Assembly (NCBI GenBank): GCA_050298595.1
Contig: JBNKUM010000009.1
Coordinates: 1-64,000 of the forward strand
Reading direction: 5' to 3'
From: Gammaproteobacteria bacterium
GTDB taxonomy: Bacteria > Pseudomonadota > Gammaproteobacteria > GCA-001735895
DNA: 64,000 nucleotides
Made by a program: the position numbers and the translations under genes. Of the stretch, positions 8,942 to 19,210 are shown piece after piece; within the stretch, counting starts at the first letter, position 1; each line of letters starts with the position of its first letter. The notes below the pieces were generated by a model that was given only the letters and a program-made list of their open reading frames with translations, had not been told where the DNA came from and ran no database searches.

Positions 8942-9799
8942 TTAGCCCATTGCGAGCTTACGTTCCACTGCTTCCAGTGTGTTCGTCAACAACATGGTGA
9001 TTGTCATAGGGCCAACGCCTCCAGGTACCGGCGTGATCCATTCAGCTACTTCGCGGCAGGATTCATAATCAATATCTCCGCATAGTTTTCCTGAATCATC
9101 TCGGTTGATACCTACATCGATCAATATTGCACCGGGTTTGATCATATCTGCGCTAATCATTTTTGGCCGTCCGATGGCTGCTACCAGTAGATCAGCTCGG
9201 CGCGTATGGAACGTCAGATCGCGAGTTTTCGAGTGACAAAGGGTGACTGTTGCTCCCGCTGCGGTTAACAACTGCGCCATCGGTTTACCGACGATATTAG
9301 AGCGTCCAATAACGACAGCTTCCAGCCCCTGCAGATCGACGCCGGTTTGCTGCAGCATCTTCATCACCCCGTAAGGTGTACAGGGAATAAACCCCGGATT
9401 ACCCTGCGACAGCGCGCCAGCATTCAGCGCATGAAATCCATCGACATCTTTATGTGCAGGAATCGCTGCCAGTATGCGCGCTTCGTCTATGCTGTCGGGC
9501 ACAGGCAGTTGTACCAGAATGCCATCGATATCATCGTCCTCAGCAAGCTGGTTGATGCGTTCCAACAGCTGCTCTGTGCTGGTGTTTGCCGGTAGAATAA
9601 TTTCACGCGACTCGATGCCCACCTCATTACAGGCGTTGATTTTATTGCGCACATAAACCTGCGAGGCAGGATCTTCCCCTACCAGTATCACTACCAGAGT
9701 CGGCTGCCTGTCGACAGCGCTTACTGCCTCGCTGCGTTGTCTGAGTTCGGCACGAATCTGGCTGGCAAGCGCCTTACCATCGATAATTTTTGCACTCAT
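8942..9799 (-). CDS. folD: Methylene-THF dehydrogenase/cyclohydrolase
   Basis: [47 protein letters not shown]; ATGA overlap with upstream gene. Confidence 0.97.
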   Translation of the reverse strand: MSAKIIDGKALASQIRAELRQRSEAVSAVDRQPTLVVILVGEDPASQVYVRNKINACNEVGIESREIILPANTSTEQLLERINQLAEDDDIDGILVQLPVPDSIDEARILAAIPAHKDVDGFHALNAGALSQGNPGFIPCTPYGVMKMLQQTGVDLQGLEAVVIGRSNIVGKPMAQLLTAAGATVTLCHSKTRDLTFHTRRADLLVAAIGRPKMISADMIKPGAILIDVGINRDDSGKLCGDIDYESCREVAEWITPVPGGVGPMTITMLLTNTLEAVERKLAMG

Positions 9800-10989
9800 G
9801 TATTTGCTCCACTGGGCAACCATACTGACAATGGTTTGCGTAATGTCTCTATCTGCTCGAAGGGTGATTCTTCCAGCAGAACTGCTTCAAAAGGCGCTCC
9901 TTCCACCAGTGTCGGATAGGGCAGTTCGAAGTGTTTGCGTGTGGTTGAAGTTGCACTGCGCAGGGTTTTTTCCAGAGAAATTCCTGCTTCTAGATAGCGC
10001 TGAATTTCATCGAATACGGCATAGCCATGTTGTACACCCATGCTACCGGCGTCTGTACCCAGTAGCAGGCGCACACCCATCTCATCGGCTAGTCGCAGAT
10101 GTTCGGCATGCTGATCCAGAATTCTTCGTAGGTTGTCCACTGTTTGAGGTGACCAGCCTACCGCCTCGGGATGCGCCCATTGAAAATGCACCGGGCAAAA
10201 GGTTGGCGTCCAGGCAACGTCACGGTCGCGCATGACTGACAGCGTTTCGCGGTTCATGAAAAAGCCGTGTTCTATGGAACCCACACCCGCGTTGGCCGCG
10301 ATGGCGAGGCCTTTTTCTCCACTGCAATGTGCGAAGGTATTGAGTCCAAGTTTACGTGCACTGTCTACTACCAGGCAGGTGCTATCCAGATCAAATTGAG
10401 GTTCGTCGGTCACTGCACCTGCATCGAAATCTATGATGCCGGTTAAGATGAGTTTGATTTCATCGCTGTCAGTTGCAAGCTGTGCTACCGAGTTCTGAAT
10501 TGCTGCATTATCTACAGCATCCTGAGCCATAAATGCGCCGTAGCGTTTGGGGCGTTTAACGCCCAAACCTGCTGAACGCACTCTTGCCATATCGTTTGCT
10601 GACAGGGCTTCCTGACGAATTTGATGATTGATGCCATGTTTATCACCGGCATCACGTACCAGCGTGACACCACAGCCCAGACTCTGACGTGCACTGCGAC
10701 GTGCAGCTTCTGTGAGTTCTGGCAAGGCCTGTTTCATATGGGCTGAACGCTCGGCACCATCGGTGGGTTTGCCATCCAGAAAAAGGTGCACATGTGCATC
10801 CACCAGTCCGGGTAACAGGAAGCCTCCTTTCACTACAGAACGCTGTTGACTCTTAAAAGACGCGCTGTGATCACCAGATGTAATTGTACTGATAGTGCCC
10901 TGATCAATGGTTATAGTGGTAGCCTGGGGGTAGTGACTTTGTCCATCAAACCAGCCATCCACTACCACTGCGAATGACTCTGAATTCAT
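9796..10989 (-). CDS. Metal-dependent amidohydrolase
   Basis: [32 protein letters not shown] motifs. Confidence 0.9.
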   Translation of the reverse strand: MNSESFAVVVDGWFDGQSHYPQATTITIDQGTISTITSGDHSASFKSQQRSVVKGGFLLPGLVDAHVHLFLDGKPTDGAERSAHMKQALPELTEAARRSARQSLGCGVTLVRDAGDKHGINHQIRQEALSANDMARVRSAGLGVKRPKRYGAFMAQDAVDNAAIQNSVAQLATDSDEIKLILTGIIDFDAGAVTDEPQFDLDSTCLVVDSARKLGLNTFAHCSGEKGLAIAANAGVGSIEHGFFMNRETLSVMRDRDVAWTPTFCPVHFQWAHPEAVGWSPQTVDNLRRILDQHAEHLRLADEMGVRLLLGTDAGSMGVQHGYAVFDEIQRYLEAGISLEKTLRSATSTTRKHFELPYPTLVEGAPFEAVLLEESPFEQIETLRKPLSVWLPSGANT

Positions 10990-11885
10990 TTTTTGGCCTT
11001 GTAAAATAGACGCACTGCACGCAATGCATCGGTGCCGGTTTGCTCAAGAAAATTACGATAGGTACTCAACACATAATGATCTTCGTCTAGCTGTTCATAA
11101 CCACGCCACGGGGTACCGAGTACAAAGTCAAAACCATGCGGAACCGTGATGGTCAGAAATGCATTTTCCAGGCTATGTTTCAGATCAGAACCATCCACCG
11201 CTTTAGGCGGCATTTGCTGACCTATATTCGACAGGCCGCCCATCATATGTACGCCCTTTAGGTCAGGATCGGCACCGATCAGGCGGATCGCTTCCACCGT
11301 GCCACGATTCAGGCCTTCGGTATCGGCGATAATCGCTGATACCGACATATCGATAAAGATATCATCCAGTGGCATGCCATAATCATTTTTCAGACGTAAT
11401 GCGACACGGCGCGCAGTGCTATAGATTTCATCGGCGGTTTTATTGCTTTTAGCAATACCATCTTCAACACGCTCGGAGGCCATAGCGATGACCTTGAATT
11501 TGTATTCGCCATACAGTTCCATCAGGTCCCAACGGTGTTCGGTAATTGAATTAACAATCGGTAACGCGCCTTTGGCTTTGTCCAGGTCATACACAGCGAG
11601 GCAGGCCTGCTGCACTTTTTTACTCGGGAAATCAAATGACAGCGGCAGATCAACCACTTCCTGGATTGCCTGAATAACGGTGCCCATCCAGTCCTGATCT
11701 GTCAGTGCCCTCGCACCGATATTCACATTCAGATAGCTGGCGCCAGCTTCGGCCTGCTTAACCGCCAGAGCCTGAATGGCTGCAATATCAGAATTGTCGA
11801 ACATCTCCTTGGTGGACTTAAAGCCCGGATTGATACGCTCACCAATTACGCCAATTTGAAAACCATTGCTTGAAGCTTGACTCAT
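10986..11885 (-). CDS. Methyl-THF:corrinoid methyltransferase (pterin-binding, AcsE/MT2-like)
   Basis: VIGERINP, QAEAGASYLNVN, PLSFD, IVNSI, DIFID, GLSN motifs. Confidence 0.88.
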   Translation of the reverse strand: MSQASSNGFQIGVIGERINPGFKSTKEMFDNSDIAAIQALAVKQAEAGASYLNVNIGARALTDQDWMGTVIQAIQEVVDLPLSFDFPSKKVQQACLAVYDLDKAKGALPIVNSITEHRWDLMELYGEYKFKVIAMASERVEDGIAKSNKTADEIYSTARRVALRLKNDYGMPLDDIFIDMSVSAIIADTEGLNRGTVEAIRLIGADPDLKGVHMMGGLSNIGQQMPPKAVDGSDLKHSLENAFLTITVPHGFDFVLGTPWRGYEQLDEDHYVLSTYRNFLEQTGTDALRAVRLFYKAKK

Positions 11886-11908
11886 AAAAAAATTCCTCGA
11901 TATTAGAT

Positions 11909-13735
11909 TCAGGGTTTCTGCGGTTTAGCCGGGAAACCTATGTTTTTAAGAAACCGTTGCTGGAAATCACTTTTGGTATTCAGTTCCAGATAACGACATT
12001 GAGTGGCCAGCTCATGCGCACGCGCTCGAGCCGAAGACGAAGCAAGCATTTGACGGATGCCTAGCCCCGCCGCATTGCCTACCTGGTGAAATTTATCTAT
12101 TGGTAGATCGGGAAATAGTCCGATATCAACGCCACTGGCGATATCGATATAGCTGCCAAAAGCACCTGCGATCACAAAAGCCTGTAGTTGCTCAGGGCCT
12201 ATGCCGGCCTGTTCCAGCAATAGATCAGTAGCGGTACGAATAGCCGCTTTGGCAAGTTGTACGGCGCGTACATCCTCCTGCGCGAAATACACCTCTTTGG
12301 CCAGCTCAATGGCGCGTTTACCGTGTACTTCGATTAATGCAGCATGGTTGGCACCTATGCGCCCCTGAGCGTTAATCAATCCCGCCTGGTGCAGTGTTGC
12401 CAGAGCATCGATAACGCCTGAGCCGCATAACCCAACCGCTTTACCCTGACCGATAGTTTGTACCTCTAACTTGTCCTGCTTAAGGCTTACGCGCTCAATG
12501 GCACCATCTGCTGCACGCATGCCGCAGGCAATATGCCCACCTTCAAGCGCAGGACCCGAGGGTGCCGAAGCGGAATAAATCTGACCCTGATGGATAAGGC
12601 TAATCTCAGTATTGGTGCCAATGTCCATGACTAGAGTGCTTTCAGCAGGGCCCCAGAGATGTTCGGTAGCCAGCAGTGAAGTCACATGATCGCCACCAAT
12701 AAAGCCGCCGACATTGGGGGCAATGTGTACCCAGGCACCGTTGGCGACATTCAGCCCCAGATCGCGCGCTTTCATATCCAGACCATCGTTTAATACGGAT
12801 ACAAATGGTGCTCGCCCCAGCTGTCTAACCGGCAACCCAAGCAACAGATGATGCATGGCGGTATTACCGCAGATAGCCACGTCAAAAATATGTTCAACGG
12901 GCTGTCCAATACTGAAGCACAGGTCATGCGCCAGAGAGTTAATTGCGATGACTGCTGCCTGACGGATGTCTTCGGCATTCTGATTGTCATTCATCGCCTG
13001 ATTTACACGACTGATGACATCTGCGCCCCAGCCGGTTTGTGGGTTTTCCAGTCCCAGACTGGCCAACCGTTCACCGCTTTCAAGATCAATCAGGAAAGCC
13101 GCGACATTGGTGGTGCCGAGATCAATGGCTAAACCTAAGGTGACATCGCCTGCATGACCAAAACCAATCCATTCATTCACGCGACGCCATACGCGTATTG
13201 GCCATTGCTCGGACATTGGGTTTTCGCGCAGCAAACCGGGCAGGGTTCGTAGCGCAACCAGATCTGCCAGATGCGCTTCTACACCCAGCGTATCTGCCAG
13301 GCGATCCAGATCAGATCGCGGATCATCCAGCGTGGCAGCACCCAGTGTTACATCCAGTGTTTCAATCAGGGAATCGAGAGGCAGGAATTCCTGTTCATTG
13401 CTATCTTTTTCAGCGCGTACTACCGGGGCTAATGAGCGTGCTGCAACTTCCAGCGTACAGTCTGATCGGGGTTGTAAATGACAGGCCTGTAACCATTTGC
13501 GCGAACTGGATAATAACTGGCCGGGTTTGTCGCTGAGTTCTACCTGTCCTTCGGTAACACGGACCACACAGCTGCCACAGGTGCCGCGACTACCACAGGC
13601 ACCAACAATGCGAACACCCTGACGGCGTGCGCTCTGGAACAGGGTTTCATCGTTACGGCACTCGATCTCTCGCTCAAGTTGCGGAAAGTAAATGACATGT
13701 GTTGATTGCTCTGGCACTGTTTTATCTAGTCTCAT
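11909..13735 (-). CDS. ASKHA-type ATP-dependent corrinoid reductive activator (RACE/AcsV/RamA-like) with N-terminal 2Fe-2S
   Basis: CGSRGTCGSC..LQAC; IDLGTT, GADVISR, GNTAM, DIGTNTE, GPALEG, GLCGSG, QLAKAA, AGAFG. Confidence 0.92.
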   Translation of the reverse strand: MRLDKTVPEQSTHVIYFPQLEREIECRNDETLFQSARRQGVRIVGACGSRGTCGSCVVRVTEGQVELSDKPGQLLSSSRKWLQACHLQPRSDCTLEVAARSLAPVVRAEKDSNEQEFLPLDSLIETLDVTLGAATLDDPRSDLDRLADTLGVEAHLADLVALRTLPGLLRENPMSEQWPIRVWRRVNEWIGFGHAGDVTLGLAIDLGTTNVAAFLIDLESGERLASLGLENPQTGWGADVISRVNQAMNDNQNAEDIRQAAVIAINSLAHDLCFSIGQPVEHIFDVAICGNTAMHHLLLGLPVRQLGRAPFVSVLNDGLDMKARDLGLNVANGAWVHIAPNVGGFIGGDHVTSLLATEHLWGPAESTLVMDIGTNTEISLIHQGQIYSASAPSGPALEGGHIACGMRAADGAIERVSLKQDKLEVQTIGQGKAVGLCGSGVIDALATLHQAGLINAQGRIGANHAALIEVHGKRAIELAKEVYFAQEDVRAVQLAKAAIRTATDLLLEQAGIGPEQLQAFVIAGAFGSYIDIASGVDIGLFPDLPIDKFHQVGNAAGLGIRQMLASSSARARAHELATQCRYLELNTKSDFQQRFLKNIGFPAKPQKP

Positions 13736-13739
13736 AAGT

Positions 13740-14402
13740 TCAGGCTGCGTTACGACTGTTTTGTGTTAAACGGCAACGCTCACGCGATGGACAATGATCA
13801 CAGCGTGACCAGTTGGGTTTTGGTAAATCTTTGCCTACGGCAAACACCACGCTGCTGGATTTAAGCGGTTGCAATAAATTGCTATTGTGCAGATTGATAC
13901 CGATCTTTTGCGCCTCGGCAAGCTCCAGAACTGTCGCCTGAGCAGACAGCTCGAGACCGGGATCACCGGCATGTAGATCCTGTCCCACACCTAGCCCCTG
14001 GCGTCGGCAGTCAATCACGATGCGGTCATGCAGACGACGTCCAAGTTCAAATAGTAGTTCAGTGCCAAGTGAGTCGAGCGCTAATGCCAGCGATGCACGG
14101 CGTTGCTGGAATAGCTCGGTGACGCGCTGTTCGAGTTTCGGCCCCAGCGTACAGGCACCGAAACACAGTGCGGTTAATTCACCAGAGTCTGGAATCAATA
14201 ACTCTGCATCCAGTTGCCTGTCTGCGACTTTCAACTGGCTGCCGTTAATATCCTCTACGGGCAGCCGGTTGAAAGTAAATACCGCCTGTAACAGTGATTC
14301 GTTCTCTACTAGCTCAATCGCCTTTGTGCGTTGGCGCAGATATACCGGCGACAACCCACTGCTTGGAGAGCGTTTCAAATGTCGTAGCAGGCGGCCGTTC
14401 AC
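13740..14402 (-). CDS. MetH activation-domain-like corrinoid accessory protein
   Basis: ACTLGP..E, LALDSLG, IGINL..LLQPLKSSS, C-terminal CDHCP..C; GTG start 4 nt after upstream stop. Confidence 0.75.
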   Translation of the reverse strand: MNGRLLRHLKRSPSSGLSPVYLRQRTKAIELVENESLLQAVFTFNRLPVEDINGSQLKVADRQLDAELLIPDSGELTALCFGACTLGPKLEQRVTELFQQRRASLALALDSLGTELLFELGRRLHDRIVIDCRRQGLGVGQDLHAGDPGLELSAQATVLELAEAQKIGINLHNSNLLQPLKSSSVVFAVGKDLPKPNWSRCDHCPSRERCRLTQNSRNAA

Positions 14403-14406
14403 TGGA

Positions 14407-15657
14407 TTAGCCCGCGTACTTACGTGCAGCGTCGAACATGGCACGCACATTCGGAACAGGGGTTTCATCCGGTATGCCAAAAGCGCAATCAAGAATCATA
14501 TTGCCGCCCTTGTTCCAGATGTTATCGACCAGATGTTTGACTGCCGCATCGACCTGATCCGGGGTGCCGGTAGTCATCATCGAAGGCGATAGATTGCCAC
14601 GTAGCGCTACCGTGTCACCCAGTACTTCATGTGCTTTTACCATATCGGTACGTTCGAACCAGTAGATACATTTACCAGCAGGCACATCGGCAATGGTTTC
14701 CAGACGTTTGGTGCAATCGGCTTCCCAAAGCGGCATAGGTACCAGTCCGGCATCGATCATACCGATCAGCATCTTGCGGAATGGGGGCCAGTAGAATTTT
14801 TCAAACTGCTTCTGCGACATGAACGCATCCGGTGCCCAATGGATCGGAATAAATACGATTGGGTTACCTGACATCTGTGCTGTGCTGATAGTCTGGCGCA
14901 GCAGGAAGGTGGAAGCCTTGTCGAGTAATTCCAGTAATTTATCCTTGTTGCGGTAAAGATCGGTCATCATGCCACGTGCACCGCGGAAATAATCGGCGAT
15001 GAAATCGTAGGGCGAAACTGCTGTGGTACCATTAGTGCAGGGATAACCATGATTGGTCATGGTCTGGGTGAATTCGGCGTGATGGTTACCAAAACGTTCT
15101 ACTTCTTCGGCGGCCTTGATGATTTTTTCCAGTGACTCGCGTACCGCTGGTTTGGCAAATGGACGAATGCCTGCGACCAGACGGAAGTAATGCAGGCCTG
15201 GAAATACCGGCAACTGATCGATACCTTCGAAGGCTTCAGCAACACGCGGCAGATATTTCTGCAGATAAAATCCGGTCGGGTCGAAGATGAAGTCGTCATA
15301 TTCATCGGCCGTCATATATTCGCGATCCAGATACTGGAATGGCTGGTTCTCACCCACGCCGTGACCGGGCCATTCCACCTGTTTGAAACCAATGGCTTCA
15401 AGAGAGCGACCAGAGCCAACACCCAATACCATCGGGCTGTAAATATCCGGGTCAAACTCGAGAACTGCACGTTCAGAGATTTCCTTCAGCTTGTCATAGT
15501 CATGCATTAATTGTTCGCAGGTGATGTCGCCATATTTCGCCAGCCAGAAGGTAGCATACATAGCCACCGGCATGCGGTCTGGTTGTTTCAGTGCAATGGT
15601 ATCGAGAATGCGCTGCCAACGTTGGTCGTGGGGTGCGTTTCCATTAAGCAGGTTCAT
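14407..15657 (-). CDS. UroD/MtaA-family methyltransferase (substrate:corrinoid MT1 candidate)
   Basis: PDRMPV, SPYDFIADYFRG, FMSQKQFEKFYWP, LRGNL..GTPDQV, GNMIL..G..N..AM. Confidence 0.85.
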   Translation of the reverse strand: MNLLNGNAPHDQRWQRILDTIALKQPDRMPVAMYATFWLAKYGDITCEQLMHDYDKLKEISERAVLEFDPDIYSPMVLGVGSGRSLEAIGFKQVEWPGHGVGENQPFQYLDREYMTADEYDDFIFDPTGFYLQKYLPRVAEAFEGIDQLPVFPGLHYFRLVAGIRPFAKPAVRESLEKIIKAAEEVERFGNHHAEFTQTMTNHGYPCTNGTTAVSPYDFIADYFRGARGMMTDLYRNKDKLLELLDKASTFLLRQTISTAQMSGNPIVFIPIHWAPDAFMSQKQFEKFYWPPFRKMLIGMIDAGLVPMPLWEADCTKRLETIADVPAGKCIYWFERTDMVKAHEVLGDTVALRGNLSPSMMTTGTPDQVDAAVKHLVDNIWNKGGNMILDCAFGIPDETPVPNVRAMFDAARKYAG

Positions 15658-16316
15658 GCTGCAACTCCCATCCAGTCTTTACACAGGCCAACTGCTTCTA
15701 CAGCATTCACACCGAAGGCATCGGCACCGGTGTAGTTGCGTACTGTTTCATCGATTTGACCACCACCGATCATGATCTTGAATTTTTCACGCATACCCTG
15801 GGATTCGAAAGCTTCAATAGTTTCTTTCATGGAGTCGAAAGCCAGAGTTAGAAAACCTGACAGGCCGACTACATCGGGCTGGAATGCTTCGATTTCTTCG
15901 ATGAATTTCTGTACTGGAATGTCGACGCCAATATCTTTAACTTCAAAGCCATTGATATCGAGCATAAAGGAGACAATGTTTTTACCAATGTCATGCAGAT
16001 CGCCATGCACAGTACCAATTAATACCTTGCCATGCTTTTTGGTCTCTCCACCTTCCTGTTCCTTGATTAAAGGTTTTGCCACGGCACCTATTTCATCCAG
16101 CATTTCTCCGGCCAGTACCAGTTCAGGCAGGAAGTATTCACCTTCTTCAAACAGTTGGCCGACCTTGTCCATTGCTATGCGGCATAGTTCGAGTACGCGT
16201 AATGGATCTTTACCATCTTCCAGTAGCATTTTTTTAGCCAGTGGCAGCGCTTCGTCTTCTTCCATTTCGGCCAGTAAATCGACCAGTTTCTGTTCTTCTT
16301 CTGTCATATCGCTCAT
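15654..16316 (-). CDS. Cobalamin-binding corrinoid protein
   Basis: B12 cap (GEYFLPEL) plus DLHDIGKN..SGFLT..GGG motif. Confidence 0.95.
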   Translation of the reverse strand: MSDMTEEEQKLVDLLAEMEEDEALPLAKKMLLEDGKDPLRVLELCRIAMDKVGQLFEEGEYFLPELVLAGEMLDEIGAVAKPLIKEQEGGETKKHGKVLIGTVHGDLHDIGKNIVSFMLDINGFEVKDIGVDIPVQKFIEEIEAFQPDVVGLSGFLTLAFDSMKETIEAFESQGMREKFKIMIGGGQIDETVRNYTGADAFGVNAVEAVGLCKDWMGVAA

Positions 16317-16334
16317 GAGTAGTTCCTCGTTGTG

Positions 16335-17750
16335 TTATACAGTTTTCAGGCGAGGCTCCTTACGAAGCCCGGATTCAATAATTATTTCGGCTAGCACATC
16401 TTCGTTACGGTGGCCCATGACGTGCACTCCCGCCAAACCCTCTATCTGAGAGAGAGACTGGATGGTTTCTATACATACCTGTTTGGCTTCCTGTTTCTGA
16501 CTGCTAGCCTTTTCGATACGTTTGATCATTGCAGCTGGGATATGTACGCCAGGTACGTTGTTACCCATCCAGGCCAGGGCTTTGGCCGACGCCAGGGTGC
16601 CGACACCTACTACGATGTGGGCGCGTTTATGTAATTCGCGTTGGCGTATTTCAGCCATGAAGGATTCAAACAGGGCCAGGTCAAAACAGAACTGGGTCTG
16701 GATAAAGCGAGCTCCTGCGTCTACTTTCTTTTGCAAGTTGTCGATTCGGTCGTTAAATGGTGGTACAAATGGATTGGCCGTGGCACCAATAAAGAGATCC
16801 GGCGGTGTTATCAGTTTACGTCCAGAAGCGAATTCGCCTCGGTCGCACATGCCTCTGACGATATGAAGTAGAGATACAGAATCCAGATCAAACACCGGTT
16901 TGGCCTGTGGATGATCACCCTGAGATACATTATCACCAGTAAGACACAGAATATTTTTTATCCCCAGCGCAGCAGCACCGAGAATATCACCCTGAATCGC
17001 GATACGATTACGGTCACGACAGGCAATCTGGTAAACTGGGTCAAAGCCATTGGCTACCAACACTGCTGAGGCGGCGACGCTGGACATGTGGCAGTTGCCA
17101 CCAGCACCATCAGTGATGTTGATACCGTCAACCAGACCTTTAAAGGTTTCTGCTCTTTGCAACAGGTCATGAGGATCGGCTGAATCAGGAGGTGCTAATT
17201 CTACCGTAACCACCAGTCGGTCAGAATTACAGGCAAGTTCAAGGTTACCCTGCTTTGAGGGGGCTACCATACGCTCCCCAACCGGCGACTGTACGGTGGT
17301 TTCGGGGCGGCCCTCGATCACATCAATCCAGCTGGAACGACCGCTTTTGCGTATATCGATAGCAGGTAGTAAGGGAGTAGGGGGTGCCAGTTGATCGCGC
17401 TCTATGCGTTTGTTGCCTTCGGTGACTTCTACCCAGACACAGGGCATTTTATCGTCAACCTCACATTGTCCATCAGCACGAACACCACCGCAGGGGCCAT
17501 TACGCATCTGCTTGGCGCAGTTCATTGGGCAGGTCATGCCAGTAGTAGACAATACGCACTGACCACACATATGGCAGTCGAATAATAGCCCCTTGCTGCC
17601 GCGTTCGACTAACCTGAGAACTGGTTCTGCACGTTGCGGGCCCACCAGTCTGAGCACTGGTGCAAAAGCTGGTGCAACTCTGGAGAAAACACGATAGACC
17701 TGCTGTAAGGAGTTGGCGTTTCGTGTGGACCAGTGACGTAGGGCTTTCAT
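16335..17750 (-). CDS. metF: MetV-MetF fusion methylene-THF reductase
   Basis: N-terminal CHMCGQC..CPMNC..NGPCGG..CEV..CVW (MetV-type); MetF motifs ELAPP, NITD, CRDRN, LTGD, FIQTQ. Confidence 0.9.
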   Translation of the reverse strand: MKALRHWSTRNANSLQQVYRVFSRVAPAFAPVLRLVGPQRAEPVLRLVERGSKGLLFDCHMCGQCVLSTTGMTCPMNCAKQMRNGPCGGVRADGQCEVDDKMPCVWVEVTEGNKRIERDQLAPPTPLLPAIDIRKSGRSSWIDVIEGRPETTVQSPVGERMVAPSKQGNLELACNSDRLVVTVELAPPDSADPHDLLQRAETFKGLVDGINITDGAGGNCHMSSVAASAVLVANGFDPVYQIACRDRNRIAIQGDILGAAALGIKNILCLTGDNVSQGDHPQAKPVFDLDSVSLLHIVRGMCDRGEFASGRKLITPPDLFIGATANPFVPPFNDRIDNLQKKVDAGARFIQTQFCFDLALFESFMAEIRQRELHKRAHIVVGVGTLASAKALAWMGNNVPGVHIPAAMIKRIEKASSQKQEAKQVCIETIQSLSQIEGLAGVHVMGHRNEDVLAEIIIESGLRKEPRLKTV

Positions 17751-17863
17751 AGCGAATAACTCAGTTGATGACTAGCGTAAAATGCCATTCATCATTGGCT
17801 GGAAACGAAACAGGGATTGGAAGCAAAAGCTGGTACATTCAATCAGTCTCAGATCAGTTTATG

Positions 17864-18904
17864 TTAAGCCTGGCTGGCTTGCTCCTGTTTGATCATTCGA
17901 TCAATGATGCGTCGAGAGTGAACGCCACCAGCATCTATATCCAGCTTTAACAGTCTTCTATCAGAAAAATGTGTTTGCAGGTTTTTTTGCTGTTGTTCGA
18001 GCATCTCCAGGTCTTCGGCAAAAATGCCACCCTGACCTTCACGAATGGAATCGGTTAATGCCTGATCCTGAGGTTTGAAGTTTCTTGCCATGCCCCAGAA
18101 ATACCACATAGAGGTTTCAGTTTCGGGGGTTATAAAATCGACGACGACACTTCTCACCTTATGCTTTTTGTCAGCATCTATGCCGCCATGACCGGCATGC
18201 GCGACCCCCACGTCGATCATGACATGACTGGGTGGTGTAAAGCGGCAAATCTGCCAGCGATCAACCGGTACATCATGTGCCAGGTCGTTAGCTTTGAGCG
18301 CGGCCTGCCAGAATGGTGGTGCCATAATGTTGTCCATCAGGCGGCTGGTTATGACTTCGTCGCCATCCACGGTTGTACTGACAGGTGCTTCATCGATTTC
18401 TTTTTGACCAATACTGGTGGAGTGCACATAGGTTTCGTGGGTCAGATCCATCAGGTTGTCGATCATCAGGCGGTAGTCACACTGGATATGATAAAGGCCA
18501 CCACCATAACCCCAGTCCGGACTATCAGCCCATTCCAGTACTGGAATAAGGCTATCATCTGCGGCATCGGCATCGCCGGGCCACACCCAGATGAAGCCGT
18601 AGCGCTCGACCACAGGGTAGGCATGAACACAGGGAAATTTATCGACGCGTTGTTTAGGCATGGACTCGGTTTTGCCATCGCTGCCCATCTTGAGACCGTG
18701 ATAACCACACATCAGCTTGCCGTCAACAATCTGTCCAAGGGATAAAGGGGCACCTCGGTGTGGGCAAAAATCTTCTAGAGCGACTACTTTGTCATCGCCA
18801 TCACGATAGAAAACGATTTGTTTACCGCAGATCTGTCGGCTTAATGGCTTTTTAATCAGTTCATCTGGGGTGCAGGCAACATACCAGGTGTTTTTAGGAA
18901 ACAT
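17864..18904 (-). CDS. vanA: Vanillate O-demethylase Rieske oxygenase subunit
   Basis: MFPKNTWYVAC, CPHRGAPLS..CGYHG, DNLMDLTHETYVH, VDRWQICRF, VDFITPET, ED. Confidence 0.95.
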   Translation of the reverse strand: MFPKNTWYVACTPDELIKKPLSRQICGKQIVFYRDGDDKVVALEDFCPHRGAPLSLGQIVDGKLMCGYHGLKMGSDGKTESMPKQRVDKFPCVHAYPVVERYGFIWVWPGDADAADDSLIPVLEWADSPDWGYGGGLYHIQCDYRLMIDNLMDLTHETYVHSTSIGQKEIDEAPVSTTVDGDEVITSRLMDNIMAPPFWQAALKANDLAHDVPVDRWQICRFTPPSHVMIDVGVAHAGHGGIDADKKHKVRSVVVDFITPETETSMWYFWGMARNFKPQDQALTDSIREGQGGIFAEDLEMLEQQQKNLQTHFSDRRLLKLDIDAGGVHSRRIIDRMIKQEQASQA

Positions 18905-18930
18905 CGTTAATATCCTCCAGCTTGTTAATA

Positions 18931-18948
18931 TTTATTGGATCCAATAAA
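18931..18948. promoter_or_regulatory. VanR operator 1
   Basis: Perfect palindrome TTTATTGGATCCAATAAA containing ATTGGATCCAAT, the known Caulobacter VanR box. Confidence 0.85.
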
Positions 18949-19109
18949 ACCATAGCTTTAAATTTTAATCAAGTGGCTTGATATCATAATTTCATTCCGG
19001 GGTTCAATTTTGTTTAGAATATAGCGCTTTAAATAGCTTGTTATAACGTAATTGGCTAGTTATTATTACAATAAGTACTGGTATAGACATCAATTTACAT
19101 CTTTTTTAA

Positions 19110-19121
19110 ATTGGATCCAAT
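19110..19121. promoter_or_regulatory. VanR operator 2
   Basis: Second ATTGGATCCAAT in the vanA-vanR divergent region. Confidence 0.85.
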
Positions 19122-19210
19122 ATGACAAAACCTTCAGAAAAAAAGCGGAATAAGTGGTTATTGCAAGGTTATGGTTAAAATGTACAAAATAACGAATATG
19201 AGAAGAAACT

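Noticed and set aside
17751-17863. vanB remnant or cobalamin/THF riboswitch between vanA and metVF
   Set aside because: No reductase-like translation and no recognisable riboswitch core
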